Shown here: positions 51,731-64,000 of the stretch, piece by piece
How positions within the stretch are numbered: the first letter of the stretch is position 1
How the letters are laid out: each line of letters begins with the position of its first letter
NCBI GenBank assembly: GCA_013265495.1
Contig: MU061579.1
Location: 4,488,327 to 4,552,326 of the forward strand
Direction of reading: 5' to 3'
From: Vicugna vicugna
Taxonomy: Eukaryota
Length of the DNA stretch: 64,000 nucleotides
Translations under genes and position numbers: made by a program
Notes under the pieces: generated by a model
Told to the model about the DNA's origin: nothing
The model's input: the letters and a program-made list of their open reading frames with translations, nothing else
Database searches by the model: none

Positions 51731-54700
51731 AAGAAGTGAGAAGAATCGTGGAAACATGCATTAACAGTTTTTTAAGAAATAAAAAAAAAATCACAACAGA
51801 TGTTTTCTGACATAAAGCTTGCTTTGGCTGATTGACCTTAAGAACTGGCTTTTCTGATTAGTTTACAGTGGTCATTATCTATAAAAAGAAAACCTGCAAT
51901 TCTAAGATTTGATGAAAATGTTCTCAAGGCATATAAAAATATACCTTATGCTTTATGCAAATATCTCCAGTTGTGATAAAATATTTAGATTTCAATTGAA
52001 AATTTGCTCTGTTGCTAGTTTTCCCAGAATTATTTTGAGGGCTACAGAAGCAAAAATGTTTGAACACTACATATCCAGTTCCTTCTAATATTAATGCAAC
52101 TAATATTGTATTAGGTTGAGAGGGAGTGGACAAGAAAATACTAAAACCTTTTACCTTAAAAAAAGGAAACAGAAATGTAGTAAACATTTTGAACCCTAAG
52201 ACTCTGCTTTATCGCCCCCAATGCATGTGATCCTTTTCAAGTTTAGGAAGCAGTGTGAAATGCCCATTTCTTGGGTATCTTTAAGTTTTATATATTTATA
52301 TATATTTTTTACAAAAACATTAAAACTAGCATTTTGAGGTGAACATCCCAGCAAACACAGGGAGACAGCTGTAGTTCAGAAAGCAAGGCTAGCCCACTTG
52401 TGGTTTATACTCAAGTATATCAAGAATAATAATCAAACACCAGACAGAAGCCTTCCTTTGGAGAGAGGGAGAATGATTCAAAAAGTTTTTGCAAAATGAG
52501 ACCACACCGTTCTACCCGTTAAGACCCAATCTAAGTGAATCTTTCTATTTCTCCCTGAAATGAATCGACGATGGTCTTAGAGTGATGGAAACTTAGAGTA
52601 ACAGTGATTATGAAGAATTTCTCTTGGAAAGATTTTGAACTATGCCACGCAGGCTGTGTTAATAATGAAGCTGTAGCTACTGAGGTGAACTCATCTAACT
52701 TACACAAGAGCCTTAATATAAACAGCCTACCAAGAGAGATACACAGACATGCAAATATTTGCAGGAGAATTTATTACATTCTCTATGGGAAAACAGATTA
52801 AAGTGGAAGAAAATGCACATAAGCCTTTTAACAGTGAAAAATATTAACTAAAAGACAAAGCTGTCAAAAACCATATTCCCAGGAAGTTGGAGGATGATTG
52901 CAGGTTCCCAGAGCTGCAAAGTGAATCAAATAAATTTCATTTTGTTATTTAGTTGCTGAGAATGAAGTCTTTCTAGACGAGCAGGAAATATTTCCTTCCC
53001 TTTGTAAATGTTACCTTCCTTTTATTTATTTGAAGCAGCTGTTGGAAAACAATGAAATTTGGAGCCTCGTTGAGGATGATAGATTTTATTAACCACAAAT
53101 TTATTTGCATATACAAGCATAACAGACCCACAAGGGAAATTAGTTGAACTAGAAAAGCTTGAACAAAAGAAGTGTGTGTAGAGACCACATGGCCTTGAGA
53201 TGGTTCATTTTCAGGTATGATACTCGGTTTTGTCATTTCGATCTTTCTTGCTAATATAATGATCCAATGTAATTCTAAATTTTGAAGTTAGATGGATAAT
53301 CTAACTGAGCTGGTTATTGCTCTCACTACTCTGAAGGACAACCTTCTGCTTGTGGTGATCAGTTTGGCTACATTTTCTTAAATTCACATTTTCATGTAAC
53401 ATCTCACACTAAGACATGTCTGTACCAGTTTGATCATTCCGGGACAATAGACAATATTTCAATGCCTAAGTAAAACAGATTTAATTGCTAAACGAGATTT
53501 CAAGGAACTGAACTTCATTTTAATCACAAACAAGCTGCAAGGCAATTTTCAATTACAGCAAGCTTTTTATTTTTCTCCAGCTGTGTGTCCCTGCTGATTC
53601 CTGAAATTACATGTAAGTTGTCCCAGATTTTGAAGTGGTGTACCTACTGAGGTTTTTCTTTTGTCAGTTGATGAAGTATCTGTGATTAGAACCTAAATAA
53701 ATTGGCATTTATAAGATGCATTACCCCACCCCATATATTTCAGGACATGATGACTGAGCATGAAGAAGGTCTGAGATATCCCCTAGTGACAGAAGTGTTC
53801 CTAATTAGGCTGCTGGTGTTGCAAGTACTCACCTCTTCTGCAGGAACATCAAAAGATAATGTAGGAACTGAGGCCTAGAAAAAGTAATCTATTGGGTATT
53901 AGACAATCAGGTCAATAATGTATTGTATTTTCAAAGTTCTACAAAGTTCGAGCTTTTAGAGAAGTTTGCCATGTAAGACCCAGAGTTTATCAATTATTAT
54001 TGTCTTACTACCAAGCCAGAGTATGGGGGAAGTTGAAACAGATGTCCTTAATTTTGGAGCACTGGAAAAATTCTAGCTTTTAAGAGAATTCAAGGTTAGC
54101 ATCATTTAAAGATACAGAGGAACAATGCTAATAGAACAGAGGAAAGAAAAAAAGTTTCATTTTAACTTGCAGAATTGACTTGTTTTCCTTACTAACCTAA
54201 TGACTATTACTATTACTAATTACTATTTATTTTTTCTGTTGCTTTTTCTTTGTCCTTTTATTTATTCAATAATCACTCATCAAATATGTAATTGATAGTG
54301 ATTATATGAAAAATTTTACTATTTTGGCGAAGTACTGACTTACACAAAGATATTTACAAAGACATAGGGGGATCACAATAAAAAGTGAGAAAGTCTAGGA
54401 TACTCAGATAAGATAAAACATGACAAAGATTACGAGAAGGAAATAAAAATGGTATTAGATCACTCCAAGTCAAATCTGTATAATTTTAAAAACAGATCTG
54501 AGGGGGTGGATTATCCTAGGAATGAGGGAATAGTATAAAGGTACAAAAGAAAAAAGAAATCAGCAATTGGGTTTCAAGATTATAGGTAATAATTTGTGGA
54601 TTCAACTTAGACTGGGAATGATAGGTCGATGTAAAATTATAAAAGACTATTTTCTTGGCAATGAAAGGTATCTGAAAGGCTTAACAAGAGGAGTGCATTA

Positions 54701-55872
54701 AAAAAACAAAAGGGTTTGAGAAAATTAGAGATGGAGTACCTAGATATGTTACATGAGTTAGAAAGTAGGGGCCAAGAAAATCACTTGAGGGGAATTTTGC
54801 TAAAATTAGAGCTATCTAATGGCTGAGGTGGGCGTTGACTCTCAGACTTACTAGGTGCTATGGGTGTTGACTGTGAGACTTGAGGATAGGCATTGAAAAT
54901 TGGAAAATGTGAAAAGAAATAGTGACTGGAAAGGTATGTTGATGGGCTGGAAAACAATGCAAATTAACCAAAATTAAAGTTAAAAATCAGCTTAAATTAA
55001 AAAAAAATCCAAAAATCTTAATTATTTTCTTTGTAATAAACTGTTTTAACTGAAAGTTTTGATTTGGGAATTAAATTTAAAAAAAACATACAAACATTTA
55101 CATAAGTTATAAATCTGGAGATGCAAAAACCAGTAACTTTTTTTCCATAACCTAACTTTCTGTGTCAAGTTTCTCTACTCATTAACACACCAGCAACAAT
55201 GAGAACTTAAGAGCTACCTATAAGAACACTAATAGTGTGAAGATTTACACCTTCTAAAGGGGATTTCTTAACGTTGATGTCAGCTTAGCTAACTGTAGAA
55301 ATGTTAGACATGTCTGTGAATTTTAATTTATAGCAAATTTTCTGATCTTCAAGATGGCCACCAGTCCTGTTGCACAACTGCTGTGCTATATAACTTTATT
55401 CTAATTTCCATATAATTCTGTATCACATGTATATGTGGGTATGTGCGCACATAAAATCCAAGGAGGATGACACCTGACAGGGTGCCTAAAGAAAGGTAGG
55501 AAATCACTCACCACTTGGCACACAGTTGAGTATTTCTGCTTAGCAGAATATCTATAACCAAGTATCTTTTTTCCTTATAGTTCTAGCTAGTTCCTCGTTG
55601 CCTTCCTAGACCTTTTCAAGTAATCTCAATTATTATGAATTGGTTCAGCTCACAGGGAAATTGAAATTGAATATAAACCTAATAATTATTATAATTTTAA
55701 TAATATTTTATAATAAAATAATAATTTAATTTACAATATAAGATAAATTGTGAATTATAAAATAGTGCTCATGGATATTTTATTTTAAAAATATTGCCCA
55801 TGACATGACATTGACATTTCCTTATTTTGTGCTAAACATCACTAAATACTTAATACATATTCTTATTTCCCC

Positions 55873-56247
55873 TGTTTAAAAAAATATTCAGCTGAGTAAA
55901 TTTGAAGATCTAATTGATTTTATTCAGCAATCCATGAACCAGGCAGTATCCCATCTAGTAAACAGAAAGGCTCCAGAAGGCGCTCTAAAAAATGGAAGAG
56001 TTTTACAAAGGAGCTGGACAAAGAGGTTATTAGCAAAAGAAAAAGAAAGATTGTGGAGCCTAAGTCACCTGCCCTTAGGGGAAAATGCAGGAGGGTTTAT
56101 CATGCAGATTACCTCACTAGGGCTGACCAAGAATATCCAGACTGATTGATTTGAAATTTTACTCCTGGGCAATTAGGTTCAATATTAAGTCTTGGTGAAT
56201 CTTAGCACGAATGGCTCCATTTTGGGCTGCTTGTTTCACTTTTAACA
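55873..56247 (-). mobile_element. ERV1 solo LTR
   Basis: TG...CA termini, near-TSD CCCC/CCCT, tttatt at ~55919, 'ggctccattttg' near the U3 end. Confidence 0.75.
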
Positions 56248-56545
56248 CCCTAGATTGAAAAACCAATAAAAAATGTTTATACCGTAATAGAATAAGTATG
56301 TTTCAACTAGGGTGCAGAGATTTTTATTAAAAATGTTTTCTTCCCTCATTAATTTCTACTTTCTGTGAACCTATCAATTAGGTATTTTACATTTATGTAA
56401 TATACATAGAAAAGTCAGTCTTTTTGTACCTGTAGTAAATATAAGAAATTAATCCCACAAGAAATAGCTTTATCTTGAAATGAATATCAATTTGCCATAT
56501 TTTGAAGTTCATATTTCACTGACAGATTTATTCTGTTAGTGAATA

Positions 56546-56922
56546 TGTAATAGGGAAGAATAACTCTGACTCTGTATTAGATCTGTTTCATTTACTTTAA
56601 CCCTTGTACTCTATTGCTTGTTAATCACTAAAGGGATGTTGCCTGTGAACTTAAATGGCCCATCTCTGGGAACCCTGCCTCCCAGGGAATGAGCGTTCAG
56701 CTCAGGAGAAACATCCTGACCAGGCCCACCTGTGAATGACTGCAGGAAGGAAGAAATTAACACAATTTTAACTCAGGTAAGATGGTTCTTTGGAATGCTA
56801 GACCACAATCTTCTTGGTCTACTGGCTTTTTGAATAAAGTCACTGTTCCTTCCCCCCATGATTCATCTTTTGATTTATTGGCCTGTTGTGCAGCGAGCAT
56901 TATGAGCTTGGACTTGGTAACA
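56546..56922 (+). mobile_element. ERV1 solo LTR related to family A, shorter
   Basis: TGTAATAG...GGTAACA; ends are reverse-complement homologues of the 2863-3386 ends; near-TSD AATA/AACA; AATAAA ~56833. Confidence 0.8.
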
Positions 56923-57789
56923 AACATTTTAACACTGTATTTTAATAACTAATTCTAGTTATAACTTCCTGTATAGTATTTATTTTTGGCATTAAAAAAC
57001 TTTCTTATAGGAGAAAGGGTGGAAAATTAAGAACCTAAATTGTAAATTAACTTTCATTAGGTGATAGTGCTTTGTATGTATTAGATTTTTAGGTATTTAA
57101 TTTCCATTATTCCTACCAGAGGATTAAAAGTTAAAAAAAAATAACCTATGATATGATAATGAAGATATTATTATAGTGGGCTTTAATTTTCAATAAGCAA
57201 ATACAAATAATTTTATAGTGTTTTGAATACAGTTCTCTTATATCAATCAGTTTCCATGGTTGTATGTATGTAAGAAAAACTAACCCTGGTTAGCTTAAGA
57301 AGAGAATGAATTTATTGGAAAGATAATGGATAGTTTAAAAATTCAAAGGCTTGAAAAACAGGGACTAAGGGGGAGTTGGCTGCAGTAAAACAAACAGGAG
57401 GTCAAGTCATAGTAAGGCCTCTGTATACAGCTCAGTTACCATTAATTATTCTCCAATTCATTTCAAATAAGATCCTTCTACAGTGAGATTTCTCTGTTGT
57501 TCCTGCATGTTTTAACTATGGCCTCAACAGTCATAGCACCTACCAGAACCTCTTATTGGTCAGGAATAGAACATAGGCCTGAGACCAAGCTAAGCAGGGA
57601 GAGGAAACATCTACCATCTTTCATCTGAAATATTTAGTCTAGGAAGAATACTAAATCTGAAAAGTTATGCTTAGGTGGTATACCGGAATGAGACACTGAT
57701 GTGTGCAAAGATGAGTATAATTTAGGTAAAAAGAAAAGGAATGTTACTTCAGCTAACTGGAGCACTGGTTATTAAAAGGGTATGAAAAG

Positions 57790-58190
57790 ACTTCTGGTTT
57801 CAGCTCCACCATGTGAACAGTTTAGTAATCATTACTCCCATCTTTACAACAAATACAAGCTGAACAAACTCAAAATCAGTGACTTTCTTTGATCTTACAA
57901 AATGCCATCTCAACATCTGTAAAGATAAGTGAATCCAGAAGGTCACAAATGAGACCTGCTCACCAGGAGAAGCTGCAAATGTCATTAATAGGTAGGAAAA
58001 ATTAAATGATAATTTTAATGAATTGCTTTGGATGTATTAGTAAACTAGACATAGCCAAGGAAAGAATAAATGAGCTTAAAGATACATCAGTAGTAACTCC
58101 CCAAACTGAAATGAGGAGAGACAAAAATGAAAATTAACAACAAAACAAAACATCCAGGAACAATGGAACAATTTCAGAAGGCGTAACAAA
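57790..58190 (+). mobile_element. Old L1M 5' end/ORF1 fragments
   Basis: 'actagacatagccaaggaaagaataaatgagcttaaagata...aacatccaggaacaatggaacaatttc' is ORF1-like. Confidence 0.65.
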
Positions 58191-58194
58191 CTTG

Positions 58195-59665
58195 TTAAGA
58201 AGTGCTAGTAATCTTTTAAACACTGCATTCCTTATTGCTTTAGTGAATGGAATGCCCTCTGGTCTTCCCGTCAAAAAGAATAGGCAGATGGGTTTTATTA
58301 GTGTATTTATTCTAATATCCCCACTTTGCTGAACCTTATTATTCTTCCTTCTACCATCTGCCTTGCATTTTTGGTTTATCAGTTTTACTATGGAATATTG
58401 CTTCTCCAAGCTTCCAAAAGTCATTCTAGCATCATTTTAGCACATCTCCCAGAATCCTCATTGAGGTGTTAAATCCTGTGTTCTGAGAAAGTGCAGCCAT
58501 ATCAAAGAACTTATCCAATTTTCTGTTGCTTCCCAGTATCCTCAGGGTCCAACCACAAATGTGGTTCTGTGGCTCTTGCCAGAACATTTCGGCTTAAAGA
58601 CCTGCAGCTTCTTCAGCATATAGTCTCTTTTTTCTTTTACCAGATGGAGCACTTGCTTATCCAGATTCTGTTGTGTTTTGATCCCAGTTCCTCCTCTAGT
58701 GGCCAGGAAGGCAGGTGGGAATGGGGTGGTGCATGTTTTATTCTATAATACGGACCCTGTACTGTCTTTAAATAAGGGAGGGCTGACATGGAGGAGATGG
58801 CCACTTCAGTAAACCCAAAGTATTTCCGGGAATCTAAGGACTCATGATTTTTCAGTGCATCAATCCCCATGTCCCTAATCCAACTCATACAATGTCCATT
58901 TTCTCTGTAAAACATCTAATCTTGGCATAACAGATTTTCTGGAGTTGAGAATTTAACTTTTGAAACTCTGATACCCTCTTCATGAAATCCTGGGACTGCT
59001 TCTCATTTTCCTTCTGGCCTCTTGTTGAAGGAGAGGATTATCTCTTTATATACTACCCGTTTGTTAATCCCTCTGGTTTTCACATTTTGCCATACACTGG
59101 TGATTATTTACCTTCAGCCTTTTATTGTCTTTAACAGATCTATTAACCTCAGCCAGATTATTACACAGTCCTTATAATCACTGATTCTTTTGTGCCTCTC
59201 AATGTCCTGAGATACCACACCTGACAATTCATATGCTTACACTGGCATCTCAACCTAGTTCAACCCCAGTCACAATTTTAACGTTGTACCATAACAATAT
59301 ACCCGAAGTGATCCATCCGTGAAAGGGCCCCTTTGCCCGCCTGCTACAAAATCCCATTTTATAAATTGCTTTCCAAATCACTCAAAACACCAACTATCTT
59401 AGTTTGAGTTTCTCAGGAAACAGACTCAGAGAGAGATTTGCATGCAATAAGTTTATTTGGCGATACCCTTGGGAACAACATCTCTAAGAGTGAAGGAAGC
59501 AGATGGTAGGATAAGCTGAACTGTGATACTTCTGCAGCAGAGGCTTGTGCCAGTCCTACAGGTAGCTGAGGAGCCGGGATGATCTTTCAGAATTAGATCC
59601 TAATGAAGGCAAGAAGCCAGGTCTCACACAGTATAACCTGCTGACCAGTTATTGTGTGAGGCAGG
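58195..59665 (-). mobile_element. ERVL-class proviral remnant: LTR16-type 5' LTR (~59395-59665), degenerate PBS and decayed gag
   Basis: LTR16-like 'tcaggaaacagactcagagagagatttgcatgcaataagtttatt'; TGGTG PBS start at 59392-59388; ERVL Gag-like motif PEGIPFTKAIRNAV at ~58221-58262. Confidence 0.75.
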
Positions 59666-59689
59666 TATTCATAATGTTAATGGCCAAAG

Positions 59690-60133
59690 ACACAGCACTC
59701 TTAAGTTTATTCTCCATTATTAAAATTCTCCATTTTTCTTCAGTTTAGACAATTAAAAAAAAAAAAAGAAAATCAAGCCCTGATTTGTAGTGTTTGTAGA
59801 GTTCTGTGGTATATATATTCCTACCATAGCTGATTTTAAACTTTGATATAAGGGGCCCACCACAGAGTTGGAAAGAGATGTGTAGTAACATGCAGTTCCA
59901 GAAATGCAAGAGATGTAACTATAATAGCATAAATTAGAGGAAAATGTAGTAAAATGATTGGGACATGATGACTTTTGTGTATTTAAAACACTTTAAAATA
60001 TAATTTATTTAACTGTAACTACATAATTTAATTTTCCAACATAACTGTCTGAAAACTATCTCACAAATTTTCTGAATATTTACAAATTGGCTCTGGCGAG
60101 CTACTTACTACAAGCTGGCTTGATCAAACTACT
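59690..60133 (-). mobile_element. MER63-like hAT (Blackjack) element
   Basis: 'aaatcaagccctgatttgtagtgtttg' and 'tctgaatatttacaaattggctctggcgagc' resemble antisense MER63. Confidence 0.7.
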
Positions 60134-60599
60134 GCCTCCCATCATTAGACTCAGTGAATATATGACCCATATTAAACTTAAATGCAGCAATATTAACTTG
60201 CACTTTCATCATTTGGCCACTTGTGTTGGAAAACTAACAAACCATAAACCCATACTAATAAGCATTTCTTATATTCCTCCATGTAACTGAGTTCCTAAGA
60301 ATTTTTCCCCTAAAACAGAGGTGCCCGGAAGGGAGTCTCGTGTGAACACTAAGACTTTTGTCAAAATATTGTATGTTTCATTGCTTATTCGTCCTGTTTC
60401 AGGGGGACACTGATGATCAATTTAAATTTTTAACTTTATACTCTCTCTACTTCCATCTTAGCAGTAGAGGAGAACACTTGCAGCCTGTGGGTCAGAGAAG
60501 AAGTCACCAGGGATGTGGCCTGGAAACTGGGTGTGAACAACACGTGTTAGTCCTCTTGCCCGATCTCTCTGACACTATGGCTTCACATTAACTAAGCAA

Positions 60600-60790
60600 C
60601 TGTCAAGAATTATAGAAAGCATGTTACATGCATTATCACAATGAATGTTATTATTATCCACATTTATTTATAAAGAAATAGAGGCACAAAAATGTTAAGC
60701 AGATTGTTCAAAGACACACAGTTCTTGTTGAACACTGGAGCCAAGATTAAGCCCAAGTTCTATAAATTCAGAAGCTTACCAATTTCATCT
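60600..60790 (-). mobile_element. MIR SINE
   Basis: 'attatccacatttatttataaagaaatagaggcacaaaaatgttaagcagattgttcaaagacacacag'. Confidence 0.6.
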
Positions 60791-63224
60791 ATTAATTACT
60801 CTAATTATGTATAAGTCTTAATCATGAAAATAAGTGTATTTTTAAAAATTTATGTTGCATAATTACCCACAGCATCAAGTTCAGTGTTATGCTTTAAATA
60901 GAAGCCATTATTAGCACATTACAGCTGCCTTAACATATGGTTTGTAAAAAATTGTAGAAAATATAGTGATCATTTGCGCTTTAAGTATTTACAGATAAGG
61001 CAAACAGAATAAGTAGCATTTCTACATCTGTTATCACATGAACCAAGGAAGAAACACCAAAGTTAAGACGAGTAAGCTATTTACTAACCAATGTCTGGGA
61101 CATTTTAAACAGGTAGCTTAAATAAATTCTAGTTAATTCAGTAGCTCAGGCAATGTTCTTGAAAAGTTAGATCAATACCATTGCTGATTTGCTCAATTGT
61201 GTAAATTGTAGTGATCAATCTTGTTTTAAAAAATGTTTTGGAGCTGGTAGAAAAGAGGGGTATACAGTTTATGAAGATGAATAATACAGACAACACTTCT
61301 CTAATAAGGAATTGCTAAGAATTAATTTTGCCCTTGATAGTGTATTTGTGGACATATTTTCAGGTACTCATAGAAATGTAAACTTTAATTTCAAAAGCAA
61401 TGTATTTTCCTTTAGCACATAAAGCACTGCAACATTTCACCGTGGTGACTGATCAATGTGGTGATGACTTTTGAAACAAGTGAGTAAATAAGTGAAATTT
61501 AAATCACACCCTCAGGGAAAAAAATGACCTCAAGTTCAACTTTCCAAAAACTCTGTTGAAGATAATTAGATGTAAGTGAATATAGAATGTTAAATAGCAC
61601 AGACATATTTTTAAAAAGAATACTAATATTTTATTCTTTGTTCTATCTATCATCTATCTATCACATAGTGCTATCAATTTATCAAATGCAAATACATGTC
61701 ATCAACAGTTATTATTACATCAAATACATAAGCAAATGTCTGTATTATATATATATTTTTATGTGTACATTCATATACATGCTCACATATCCATTTTTGA
61801 AGTAATTATTCATACTTATTAAAAATAGATTTATGTGAGTATTGTAAGATGAATTACCCTCTGAGTTCTTGTTAAACCAATGGCCCCCTTTTGAGTCAAG
61901 TGCCCAGACACAGTTCCGTGTATGTGGGTTGCCATGCCTTGGGTCTGATGACCAGAAGGATTTCCTCAGAGCTGATTGTACTACAGATTGTTGCCTGACT
62001 AAAAGTTATGCTAAATGTAAGGGAGGCCAGTGGCTTTATGAGGAAGACTGATTTAGAAACTCTGTTAACCTACCCAATCAAACTTTTTTTGAGAATTGGT
62101 TAATATGAGATATACAAGGGATTTTTGCAGGCAGTTGAGTGGAGTAAAATCCAAGTGCTATATACAGAAAGATCCATTTCACAGTAAAAATTAAGAATAA
62201 AGAGAAGTGTTAGGGTAAAGGTAAGACAGAAAAAAAGAAAGTTGGAACATGAGAAACAGATGCAGTAGACACCACAGCGATGTGCAAGACTTGAGTCATG
62301 CATTATTTTGGTGCTATTCAACCTGATATAGTATCATCAGTGACATTTCACTTGACCTTGGGGCTTTCATTTTATTTGTTGAAGCATTTTCTTCATTTCC
62401 TTTCTTTTATGCACAGTTTTACAGTTAAAAGCCCACACCAGTAGAGGTAAGCTAACCATTAGTACTGTTGCTTGATATCTGAGTCAAAGTATTTCAATGT
62501 GAATGTATGTACATAAAAATGCATATGTATGTATATATGTGTACAAAATTTATTAAGCAATTTACATCTTTCATCCTAAAATGATTATACAGCACATATC
62601 TTACATTCCTTGTTCTTTCTGTGTCTCGGGAGAACTTCAAAAGCTTTTGTGAGAAGTTACAGAGGCACCAATATTTTAGATGTTTCCAAAGGAAGTGGCA
62701 GGCAATTATAGGTTTCTCATTGCCGGATAGTTATATTCACAGAAAAAATATGTGGCACTTTATATCCATCATCCATCCCATACATCTCTTAGAACTAGCT
62801 GAAATTTTAGGTCTGTTTTTATTGGAGAAAGGAACAGCATGAAGAGTCATTACAAGGGAACGTTATTGAACTTCATCTCTTCTTCATGGCAAGGAAGAAG
62901 AATAGCTCTTTTATGAGTGAAGCAAAAAGCAATATGAAAGCTGAGAGCAGAATGAAGCTTAGCAGTGTAAACTGGCCCAGGGAATTCAGAGACTTATTAA
63001 TACTCCGAAGAGTTTGCAGGAGGCGTAGCATTCTGCTTGTGTCCTAACTTACCCACAAGCTTATGGTTTAGGCACACTCCTTTCTGGACTTATAGGAGCA
63101 GCACAATTTTGCTGTTACATCAAGAGACATCATGGGGAAGTGCTCCAAGAACAATGTATGAAGCTTAGCGTTTGCAAAGTTTTGTGTTTATGTCATCAGA
63201 AGCCATCTATGTCAATCTTCTCAG

Positions 63225-63310
63225 TTTTTCATTGAGAAACATGAGGCCCAGAACCATTAAGTAATTAGCTCAAGGTCACGAAGGTAGCTATTATCAGATC
63301 CAGGACAGCA
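63225..63310 (-). mobile_element. MIR fragment
   Basis: 'gagaaacatgaggcccagaaccattaagtaattagctcaaggtcac'. Confidence 0.65.
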
Positions 63311-64000
63311 TGATTTTTAAAATTCTTATTTCAATTTTTATTCTACTTCCTATGTTTTCCCCACCATTGCATAGATCCAACAATTTCTGCCTGATGGTAC
63401 AAATCTTCAACTGATGTTCACAAGGTTTGTGTTTGTACTTGACTTAAAATCTGGCCTACTGAGAGATTTACTGCATTGTAGAAAACTGAGATTCAAGGAG
63501 TTTAAATAAATCACCCTTCGTAACAGAGCTTAACAAGGTGGAAAATTGAAGTGTGTATCTATCTGATTCTTGAGAACAACCTCAGTTTATACTCAGTTTC
63601 TGCTTAGTCTACATTTCTGTGCACAATCCAATTTCACTAGTTAAGACTCTAAAGATCGCCTTCTTAGTGGGTTGACCATTACTCCTTATTCTGAATGTTT
63701 CTGCCTTTGGTATTCTTTCATTCTTTGAGTTCGGGGCTAGTTTAGAGCAATAGAACAATGGAAAATCTCTGCCAGGAATTCTTACCAGTGTGCAGCTTTA
63801 GCATTTCTTAGTGTGATTTTTCCTTTTGTTATTTATATCATGGATCTTGTATATCAATATTGTTGGAGAGGCTGTAGATGCTTATATGTATTTAATGGTA
63901 TGTCTTCCGAGGAATAAATATAGAGTTTAGAATATAAATTTACACGATTTGCTGGAGAAGTAATAACTTCATGTGTTCCAAGGCATAAATCCCCCAAAAC

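Noticed and set aside
1..64000. CRISPR arrays, operons or other prokaryotic systems
   Set aside because: The sequence is mammalian (L1, L2, MIR, ERV, SINE); no regularly spaced repeat-spacer arrays or gene-dense ORFs were seen.

Overview
Mammalian genomic DNA, most likely camelid, judged from two tRNA-derived vic-1-type SINEs at ~24.99 kb and ~51.58 kb. The window is AT-rich, CpG-poor and repeat-dense, as expected for intergenic DNA or the inside of a large intron. I find no intact protein-coding gene, and the supplied ORFs are chance ORFs or decayed L1/ERV remnants. Repeats: about a dozen ERV1-class solo LTRs (five loci packed into 2.9-7.7 kb), MaLR LTRs, an LTR16/ERVL proviral remnant, several L1 fragments, L2/MIR relics and hAT MITEs (MER20, MER58-, MER96-, MER63-like). 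The main discovery is a ~460-bp minus-strand retrocopy inside an old L1 (33958-34421). It carries the 3' part of WNT7A exon 3 (one premature stop), joined at the exon boundary to a non-canonical 250-nt segment instead of exon 4, then a short A tract. It may be a fossil of an alternatively spliced, C-terminally truncated WNT7A mRNA. Other oddities: two different LTRs sharing one CCAT target site, an inverted pair of LTR halves, and a 5'-inverted L1 with its TSD intact. Repeat family names come from recalled consensus sequences, not a database search, and boundaries of old repeats are approximate.
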